DNA of 64,000 nt from Gammaproteobacteria bacterium (GTDB lineage Bacteria; Pseudomonadota; Gammaproteobacteria; Natronospirales; JAJUFS01), in contig DASVDI010000021.1 of assembly GCA_036381175.1 (NCBI GenBank), forward strand, positions 56,271 through 120,270, given 5' to 3'. The notes below the pieces were generated by a model, which was not told the DNA's origin, made no database searches, and saw nothing but the letters and a program-made list of their open reading frames with translations. Every line of letters starts with the position of its first letter. Position 1 is the stretch's first letter. Shown in pieces: positions 56,893 through 64,000 of the stretch. The position numbers and the translations under genes are program-made.

Positions 56893-59328
56893 TTATTCAT
56901 CCCGTAATACGCTCATTGGCGCGACATCCGCCGCGCGCCACACAGGCACAAGGTTTGCGAGCAACGCGACAACCGCAAACAACAGTCCCGCAAGAAGCGC
57001 GGCCAACACATCGCTTTGTTCAACGCCCGCGATGGTGCCGGCGAGATAGCGGCTCGCAAATGCCGTCAGCAGCGATCCCGCGCCGATGCCGCAAACTGCG
57101 ACAATCACTCCGCGGTGCAAGAACTGCTGCGTAATTTGCGGGCGCGTCGCGCCAAGCGCGTAACGAATGCCGATTTCACGCTGGCGTTGACGTGCGGCGT
57201 AAGCGGCGACGCCGTACATGCCGACAACCGAGAGCAGCGTCGCGAACACCGCGGCGCCCACGGCAAGCAAGGTCAAGGCACGATCGGGTGCCATGAAAAC
57301 ATCCAGTCGTTCGCGCAGGCTCATGCCGGTTCCGGATGAAAGTCCGGCACCGGTTCCTCGCACTGCATCGCGTATGGCTTGCAAGGCGATCTCGGAACTT
57401 GTGGCATGCACAACAACGTTCATCTCTCTTGTCAGCAACTGCGTAAAAGGAGCATAGATAATGGGAAGCGGTGGTTCGCGCAAAGATCGCTGCTTGTTGT
57501 TCCCGACGACGCCGACAACGGTCAGCCGGGTCCCTACCCCGCCAGTGCCACCAATAGTGAGCCCGAGCGCCGGCCGCTCGGGCCAGTACGTATCGACGAA
57601 CGCGCGATTGACGATGACGTTTGCCGTCGTGAGGCCATCACCATCCTCGCTGAAATCACGGGCATCGAAATCCCGGCCGCTGAGCAGCTCGATTCCAAGC
57701 GTACGAAAATAATCCTCGCTCACGCTGTTCACGTCGATCACGATGTTTTCGTCCGCAGCGGGAATGTAACCTTGAGGCGCAAGTCCGCCGATGCGAAATC
57801 CCGATTGACTGACCGGCACAGTCTGCGCCAGCGCGACACTCACGACGCGACCATCTGCACGCAGATTTCGCAATACCTTGCGGTAGACGGCGAGTGAATC
57901 CTCCATGGTGGAGCCGGTGCTGACGAGCGCGGCCGCGCGATTCTTGATCGCGAAACCAGGATCGACTTTCAACGTATCCAGCAGCGCGCCGGCAAATGAG
58001 ATCGCCGTTGTGAGCAACACCATGGAAACACCGGCCTGCACTACGACCAGCAGTTCGCGAAGGTTCACCGCCCGTCTTTCACCCTGGCGCGCACCGGCAA
58101 GAACTTTCACCAGCGAGGTTCCGACCAGCCGTCGCATCGGGGCGATGCCGGAGAGCAGCGAAACCGTGAACAACATGATTCCGTATGCCGCCAGCACGCG
58201 CGCGTTGAGAATAATTCCGAAATCATTCTGCAGCACAAGGTCGCTGACCAGCGTCTGCTGCAATCCACGCGACATCGCCAGCGCAAACAACAAGCCAACC
58301 GCACCGGCAAGCACACTGATCACGAACGCTTCGCCCAGAACATTCATCGCGACGCGTCCGCGACTGGCACCAAGACTCATGCGCAGGCCGGTTTCCGCGC
58401 GTTGCGTTTCAGCGCGCACAAGCATGAGGCCTGCAACATCTGCGCAAACGATGATCAGCAGCACGGCCACAAGACCGAGCAGCAACCATGAAAGATGTGC
58501 AGCGTCGCCTTCGCCGTAACGGCTCAATGCCACCTCGCGCGCGGGAATCGCGAGCGCGGCTGCCGGATAGACTTCGTTTTCCCCGGGGATAACCTGCGCG
58601 GCTTCCATGGCACGGCGTGCCTGCTCGACCGTGATGCCTGGCTTCAGGCGCGCAACAACGTCAAGCCAGTGCAAGGTTCGTGCGTCGAGAAAACGGCTCT
58701 CGTCGGACGCGCCCATGGCCATTCCCGCCGCGGAGGAAACCGGCAACCAGACATCGGGACGACGGCTCAACGACACGCCACTGAATCCCGGCGGTGTTAC
58801 GCCAACAATCGTCACCAGGCGATCGTTCAGCGTGACGTGCTCGCCGATGATCTGCGGGTTCGCAGCGAATCGCGATTGCCACGCTTCGAAGGACAACACG
58901 CCAACCACGGGACCGCCGCGAATGTCATCGGCCGGTTGCAACAGGCGGCCAAGAAACGGCTTGACGCCGAGCAGCTCGAAAAAATTTCCACTTGCCACAC
59001 CGCCAGCGAGTGTCTCGCGCACTTCGCTGCCTGAAGACCACGTGTAGGTCGCGTGATCGTAGAAATGCGCGACTCCTGCGAACGCCTCCACGTCCCGAAG
59101 ATCCTCCTTTATCTGAGGTAGCGACCAGCCGTTGCGCGCCGTGCGCGATTCATCGGTCTGAAAGACACGGATCAGCGCATCCGCGTCCTGCACGCGCAAT
59201 GGCTGAAACAGGACAGCGTCTGCAATTGCGTACAGGCTCACCGCTCCGCCAAGGCCGGTCGACATGACCAGCACGAGCGCGAAGAAATAAACCGGCCGAC
59301 GCAGCAGTTGTTTCAACGCGAGGATCAC
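56893..59328 (-). CDS. Duplicated FtsX/MacB-type ABC permease (ADOP-like, ~810 aa), paralog 1
   Basis: GTG start. The N-terminus ...LLRRPVYFFALVLVMSTGLGGAVSLYAIADAVLFQPL... is typical of the ADOP/MacB_PCD family. There are two periplasmic-domain-plus-4-TM units. Confidence 0.9.
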   Translation of the reverse strand: MILALKQLLRRPVYFFALVLVMSTGLGGAVSLYAIADAVLFQPLRVQDADALIRVFQTDESRTARNGWSLPQIKEDLRDVEAFAGVAHFYDHATYTWSSGSEVRETLAGGVASGNFFELLGVKPFLGRLLQPADDIRGGPVVGVLSFEAWQSRFAANPQIIGEHVTLNDRLVTIVGVTPPGFSGVSLSRRPDVWLPVSSAAGMAMGASDESRFLDARTLHWLDVVARLKPGITVEQARRAMEAAQVIPGENEVYPAAALAIPAREVALSRYGEGDAAHLSWLLLGLVAVLLIIVCADVAGLMLVRAETQRAETGLRMSLGASRGRVAMNVLGEAFVISVLAGAVGLLFALAMSRGLQQTLVSDLVLQNDFGIILNARVLAAYGIMLFTVSLLSGIAPMRRLVGTSLVKVLAGARQGERRAVNLRELLVVVQAGVSMVLLTTAISFAGALLDTLKVDPGFAIKNRAAALVSTGSTMEDSLAVYRKVLRNLRADGRVVSVALAQTVPVSQSGFRIGGLAPQGYIPAADENIVIDVNSVSEDYFRTLGIELLSGRDFDARDFSEDGDGLTTANVIVNRAFVDTYWPERPALGLTIGGTGGVGTRLTVVGVVGNNKQRSLREPPLPIIYAPFTQLLTREMNVVVHATSSEIALQAIRDAVRGTGAGLSSGTGMSLRERLDVFMAPDRALTLLAVGAAVFATLLSVVGMYGVAAYAARQRQREIGIRYALGATRPQITQQFLHRGVIVAVCGIGAGSLLTAFASRYLAGTIAGVEQSDVLAALLAGLLFAVVALLANLVPVWRAADVAPMSVLRDE

Positions 59329-59339
59329 GTCAGGAAATC

Positions 59340-61757
59340 CTATTCATCCCGCAACACTTCCATCGGCGCAACGTTCGCTGCGCGCCACACAGGTACAAGG
59401 TTCGCGAACAACGCGACAACCGCGAACAGCAGCCCGGCGAGAAGCATGGCGAGCGCGTTGCCCTGATCGACGCCCGCAACCGCGCCGGCGAGATAGCGGC
59501 TCACGAAAACCGTCAACAACGATCCGGCGACTATGCCGCCCGATGCCACGATCACACCACGCCGTAAAAACTGCCGCGCGACCTGCGGGCGCGTCGCACC
59601 CAGCGCGTAACGAATACCAATTTCACGCTGGCGCTGTCGTGCGGCGTAAGCGGCAACGCCGTACATGCCGACAATCGACAACAAAGTCGCGAACACCGCC
59701 GAGCCGACGGCGAGCAAGGTCATGGCACGATCACGCTGTGTCAGCGAGTCGATGTGCGCTTGCAGGCTCCGAGTCAAGGTGATGCTGAACCCCGGCAACT
59801 TTTCGACCGCATCGCGAATCGCATTCTGTCCAGCAACGGCGCTGCGCGCCTTCACGATGACGCCAACCATCGACATCCGCGCGATTTGATACGGCCGGTA
59901 AATCATCGGACGTGGCAATTCCCGCAAGCTGTTCTGCTTGCTGTTCGCAACAACGGCAATCACTTCCGCCGGCTCTCCCGAACCTTGAAAATCATGCAGT
60001 AACATTCCTGTGCCATCACGTTTCGGCCAGTAGCGTTCGACAAAAGCCGCGTTGACGATGACTTGCAACGGCGCGTCGGATTTCTGCGTCGGCCTGAAAT
60101 CGTGCCCGCGCAAGACAGGTATTCCCATCGTCTCGAAATAATCATCGCTGATCGTGTTCACATCCACCTGCATGTTTTCATCCGGCGTGGATGTGTAACC
60201 TTGCGGTTGCACGCTGATCTGCCATCCGGAAGGCGAAACCGGAACGGAATACGCGAGTGCGGCGTGATCAACGCGAGGATCATTGCGCAGCACCTCAAGC
60301 ACGTTCCCGTACTCCTCCCCGCCATCGGATGAAGCGACCGGCCTGATCCAGGCCACGGCCCGATCCGTGGTTTCGAAACCTGGATCAATCGCCAGTGTGT
60401 CGCGCAGGGCGCCGACAAACATCATCGACACCGTCAGCAGCAGCACGGAAATACCGACCTGCACGACAATCAATCCGTCGTGAACATTGAGCGCTCGTCG
60501 CGCGTCGCCGTGCCTCGCACCACGCAAGACGTCGGCAAGACGCGTTGCCGCCATGCGTCTGATCGGCGCGAACGTGCTCAACAGTGCCGCAACCAGCAGC
60601 ATGCCCGCGAAACCCGCGAGCACGCGAACATTGAAGATCAAGGCGCCACGCTCATCCGGCAACGCCAGTTCGGCGCCGATGTTCCGCTGCAGCCAGCCTG
60701 ACAACAGCAATGCAAAAAGCAGCGCGAACGCGCCCGCGCAAAGCACGATGACCAGCGACTCACGGAGCATGTCCGCGGCGATTCGACCGCGGGTTGCGCC
60801 GAGACCAAGACGCACGCCGGTTTCGGCGCGCGCGGCTTCCGCGCGCACCAGCATGAGACCAGCCGCATCCGCGCAGACAACAATCAGCAGCACGGCCACC
60901 AGGCCGAACAGTATCCATGACACGATTTCAACGTTGCGCTCGCCGCGCGGATCGATGGCGACGTCGCGTGCATGAAACGCGAGCGCCGGTGGCCACGCCG
61001 CTTCGCCATCACCGTGTGCAAGCCTTGCGGTTTCCAGTGCCGTGCGCGCCTGCTCCAGGGTCACGCCGGGTGCAAGGCGTGCGACAGCGTCCAGCCAGAC
61101 CATGTTCGGGCTGTCGAGAAATGCCCGCGTCGGCATGCCGGGCAAGGCCATGTGCACCGCGCTGCTCACCGGCAACCAGACATCCGGCGCACGGGCCATT
61201 GAAACACCGCTGAAGCCGGGCGACGCGATGCCGACAATCGTGACCGGCTGATCGTTGAGCGTGATGGGTTCGCCGATGATTTGTGGCCTCGCATTGAAAC
61301 GCGATGCCCAGGTCTCGTAGCTGAGCACACCGACAATACCCGCTCCCTCGACGTCATCGGCTCGCTGCAACAAGCGGCCCTGTTCGGGACGTACACCGAC
61401 CACGTCGAAGAAATTTCCGCTGACCAGCGCACTTCTCAATGTCATCGGCTCCTGTCCCGGCGCCGTATAGCTCACTTGCGGCCAATCCGCGTAATGCGCA
61501 ACGTCTTCGAAGGCCTCATTGCTGCCGAGGTAGTCACGGATTACCGGCCGCGGCCAGGGGTCGCGTTTCGCTAGCGTCTCGTCACTGCTGAACACGCGCA
61601 CCAGCGTTTCCGCGTTCTCGACATTCAACGGCCGGAACAGAACTGCATCCGAAATACCGTAAAGGCTCAGCGCGCCGCCAAGTCCTGTCGCCATGACAAG
61701 CACCAGCGTTGCGAAATAACCCGGATGCCGAAGCAAGCGTTTCATTGCAGAAAACAT
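59340..61757 (-). CDS. Duplicated FtsX/MacB-type ABC permease (ADOP-like), paralog 2
   Basis: ATG 61757 is preceded by GGAGAG. It is highly similar to paralog 1 at both ends, including an identical 30-aa run VGMYGVAAYAARQRQREIGIRYALGATRPQ. Confidence 0.9.
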   Translation of the reverse strand: MFSAMKRLLRHPGYFATLVLVMATGLGGALSLYGISDAVLFRPLNVENAETLVRVFSSDETLAKRDPWPRPVIRDYLGSNEAFEDVAHYADWPQVSYTAPGQEPMTLRSALVSGNFFDVVGVRPEQGRLLQRADDVEGAGIVGVLSYETWASRFNARPQIIGEPITLNDQPVTIVGIASPGFSGVSMARAPDVWLPVSSAVHMALPGMPTRAFLDSPNMVWLDAVARLAPGVTLEQARTALETARLAHGDGEAAWPPALAFHARDVAIDPRGERNVEIVSWILFGLVAVLLIVVCADAAGLMLVRAEAARAETGVRLGLGATRGRIAADMLRESLVIVLCAGAFALLFALLLSGWLQRNIGAELALPDERGALIFNVRVLAGFAGMLLVAALLSTFAPIRRMAATRLADVLRGARHGDARRALNVHDGLIVVQVGISVLLLTVSMMFVGALRDTLAIDPGFETTDRAVAWIRPVASSDGGEEYGNVLEVLRNDPRVDHAALAYSVPVSPSGWQISVQPQGYTSTPDENMQVDVNTISDDYFETMGIPVLRGHDFRPTQKSDAPLQVIVNAAFVERYWPKRDGTGMLLHDFQGSGEPAEVIAVVANSKQNSLRELPRPMIYRPYQIARMSMVGVIVKARSAVAGQNAIRDAVEKLPGFSITLTRSLQAHIDSLTQRDRAMTLLAVGSAVFATLLSIVGMYGVAAYAARQRQREIGIRYALGATRPQVARQFLRRGVIVASGGIVAGSLLTVFVSRYLAGAVAGVDQGNALAMLLAGLLFAVVALFANLVPVWRAANVAPMEVLRDE

Positions 61758-61769
61758 GTCGCTCTCCAA

Positions 61770-64000
61770 TCAGTCGTGCCGCAGCGCTTCCTGCGGTTGA
61801 ATGCCCAGCACGCGCCGTGCGGGCACGAGCAAGGCAAGCAGGCCGAGGCCGAACAGCATTCCGGTCGCAAGCACAAACACCATGGCGTCGAAGGCATCAA
61901 GGCCGAACAGGAATCCGTCCAGCACGCGCGCCAGCAGGAGTGCGATGGCGAGGCCGATGAGCGAGCCCGCAACGGTCAATCGAAGTCCTCGCCACAACAC
62001 CGCGCGCATCAGGCGCTGCGGACTCGCACCGAGTGTCAGCCGCACGCCGAGTTCGCGCGTGCGACTGAACACATGGGCGGACAACAAGCCGTAAAGTCCG
62101 AGCGCTGCGAGCAAGGCGCCGATGCCACCGAGCACTCCCGCGGTTGTGCCCGCGATCCGTTGTGGCAACAAGGAAAACGACGCGACGTCATCCATCGATT
62201 TCACATCCGGTGCCGCGAGTCGTGGATCGGCAGCACGCACAGCGGCGCCGATCATGCGCGTGATCTCGCGCGGGGATGCCGCGGAGCGCACAAAAATATT
62301 CATCTCATCGATTTCTATCTGCGCCGTGGGCAGATACATGAAAGGAATGTTCGTATCGTCGAGACGGCTGTAACGCGCGTCCGGCGTCACGCCGATGACA
62401 CGCAACAGCCACGGATCTTCCGGATCGCCGAATCGGTAGCTCTTGCCGATGACGTTGCCGTCCGGTTCAAGCTGGCGCGCAAGCACTTCGTTGATGATCG
62501 TGACGCGCTCGGCTCCCGCGATGTCCTTGTCGCTGAACTCGCGCCCGCGCACGGGAATCCTGAGCGTGTCGAAGAACGCCGGCGTCACGACATTCGCATC
62601 CGCACCGAGTGACTCGCCGTCATCAAGCAGGAAACCGCCAAAGCCCATGCGGCTGAAGTACAGCGGAATCACGGCAGCGGCAGCGGCGTTCTCGACATTC
62701 CCCTGTTGCTCCAGGCGTTCGACGATCTGCTGCACGATGCGCTGGCGTTCTGCGTTGTCGTAACGGGCGGAACGCAGATCGAGTTCGGCGACGTGAATGT
62801 TGTCTATGTTGTAACCGAGTTCGACCTCGCCCGCGCGGTTCAAGGCCGTGATGAACAATCCGGCAAGCACGAGCAACAGCAAGGTGAACGCGACTTGTGC
62901 TGCGACCATCACATTGCGAAAACGATTCCGGCTGCCAGCGATCTGCGTCGCCGATCCCGCGATTACGCTCTGCGGCTGCTGGCGAGAAACGCGCAGGGCC
63001 GGCAGCAAGCCGGCAATAAACGAGGTGAGCACGGACAGCGCGAACACGAACCCGAACACGCGCCAGTCGAACGTCACCTGCAAGTCGACGCCGATCGGTA
63101 TCGGCAGATCGACGCGCGCGACGAGATTGTCCAGCCACAGCGCGAGCACAAGCCCGAGCAGTGCGGCAACGGCCGCCAGCGCAAACACTTCCGTCATCAT
63201 TTGCCACACGATGGCAGAACCGCGCGCACCGAGAACGTGGCGCATCGCGATTTCATGCCGTCGCGCTTCGCCTCGCGCGACCAGCAGCCCTGCAACATTG
63301 CCGGCGGCGACGAGAAGAACCATGCCGATGAGCCCGAACAGCAAGCCGGTGAAAATCGTCAACGGCATGCGGAACGGTGCCGGCAGCAATCGCATCGGCA
63401 CGGCGGTGAATGCCATTTTCTCGTTGCTGTCGGGAAACTGCTCTTCCAGTGCGCGAGACAGCGAAGCGAGTTCCGCATTGGCCTCGTCAATCGAGGCGTT
63501 CGGTGCAAGCCGTCCGCCGGCATGCAACCAGTTCGCCCAGCGCAGATCGAAATTGTCGCTGCCCGTCCTGCCGATCGCGGGCGCCGCCGTCAGCGGTGCA
63601 AAGAAATCCGCCGCGCCGTCGATGCGCGAGCCCTGGAACGACGGCGGCAGCACGCCGATCAATACCAGCGACGCGCCATTGATCTCGACAGTTTCGCCGA
63701 TACGCCGAGTATCGCCGCCGAGCAAGTTGTTGAATGCGGCGTGGCTCGCGACAACAACGTTCGCCGCATGCGCATCATCCGGTTGCAACAGCCGTCCGTG
63801 CAACGGCGTCACGCCGAGTGCTGTGAAATAGTTTCCCGTCGCCAACGTGAGTCGCGCGCGTGCCGGCGCATCATCCTCGTAAAGGCCTACCGGCATCGAG
63901 GTGTATGCGTAAAGTTCCAGGAAGGATTTTGCGTTTTCCGCCAGGTCTTCGTAGTTTGGATACGACAAGGTATCGAAACCGAAACCTTCCATCGTTCGCC
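61770..64000 (-). CDS. Duplicated FtsX/MacB-type ABC permease (ADOP-like), paralog 3; the N-terminus lies beyond the right edge
   Basis: The frame is still open at position 64000, and the first TM segment seen in paralogs 1 and 2 is missing. It is more divergent, with the C-terminus ...LVPARRVLGIQPQEALRHD. Confidence 0.88.
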   Translation of the reverse strand, partial: RTMEGFGFDTLSYPNYEDLAENAKSFLELYAYTSMPVGLYEDDAPARARLTLATGNYFTALGVTPLHGRLLQPDDAHAANVVVASHAAFNNLLGGDTRRIGETVEINGASLVLIGVLPPSFQGSRIDGAADFFAPLTAAPAIGRTGSDNFDLRWANWLHAGGRLAPNASIDEANAELASLSRALEEQFPDSNEKMAFTAVPMRLLPAPFRMPLTIFTGLLFGLIGMVLLVAAGNVAGLLVARGEARRHEIAMRHVLGARGSAIVWQMMTEVFALAAVAALLGLVLALWLDNLVARVDLPIPIGVDLQVTFDWRVFGFVFALSVLTSFIAGLLPALRVSRQQPQSVIAGSATQIAGSRNRFRNVMVAAQVAFTLLLLVLAGLFITALNRAGEVELGYNIDNIHVAELDLRSARYDNAERQRIVQQIVERLEQQGNVENAAAAAVIPLYFSRMGFGGFLLDDGESLGADANVVTPAFFDTLRIPVRGREFSDKDIAGAERVTIINEVLARQLEPDGNVIGKSYRFGDPEDPWLLRVIGVTPDARYSRLDDTNIPFMYLPTAQIEIDEMNIFVRSAASPREITRMIGAAVRAADPRLAAPDVKSMDDVASFSLLPQRIAGTTAGVLGGIGALLAALGLYGLLSAHVFSRTRELGVRLTLGASPQRLMRAVLWRGLRLTVAGSLIGLAIALLLARVLDGFLFGLDAFDAMVFVLATGMLFGLGLLALLVPARRVLGIQPQEALRHD

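Overview
This is a visibly GC-rich bacterial chromosome segment. Its gene order matches conserved gammaproteobacterial (Pseudomonas-like) housekeeping blocks. The taxon is an inference from synteny, and no database search was possible.

About two thirds of the window is core genome:
- rplS-trmD-rimM-rpsP-ffh
- radA
- alr-dnaB-rplI-rpsR-rpsF
- rlmB-rnr
- tRNA-Leu(CAG)
- purA, then yjeT-hflC-hflK-hflX-hfq-miaA-mutL-amiB-tsaE-nnr, with queG divergent
- pgi-panD-panC-panB-(deoxynucleoside kinase)-folK-pcnB
- tRNA-Glu(CUC)

Four accessory patches interrupt this core:
1. 1-6.9 kb: a TatT-type (TPR-protein-associated) TRAP transporter operon. A 630-aa secreted helical-repeat protein of unknown function leads it, and a PLP-dependent decarboxylase follows it.
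2. 14.7-23.7 kb: a six-gene Hanks-type signalling cluster. Its products are a CHASE2 Ser/Thr kinase, a PP2C phosphatase, a dual-FHA protein, a periplasmic amicyanin-like cupredoxin, a sensor-HAMP-degenerate-cyclase-Ser/Thr kinase, and an outer-membrane beta-barrel.
3. 32.2-32.9 kb: a secreted six-loop EF-hand protein next to tRNA-Leu.
4. 52.8-64 kb: an RDD protein, then one same-strand run. The run holds three tandem ~800-aa duplicated FtsX/MacB-type (ADOP-like) permeases, one ABC ATPase, a sigma-54-dependent response regulator, and a histidine kinase with no periplasmic domain.

The two best candidates for an undescribed system are patch 2 and patch 4. Patch 2 may be a trans-envelope Ser/Thr phospho-signalling module with a copper/redox partner. 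Patch 4 may be a Bce-like transporter-coupled sensing module wired to a sigma-54 activator.

Non-coding observations:
- A palindromic intergenic element family built from ACAGGATT repeats. It supplies the stop codon and last residues of three unrelated genes.
- A 148-bp element with perfect 22-bp inverted arms. It links the mutL stop codon to the ribosome-binding region of a TTG-initiated miaA.
- A small REP-like hairpin family (GTTGGGGTTCGC).

I saw no CRISPR arrays, transposases, integrases or rRNA genes.
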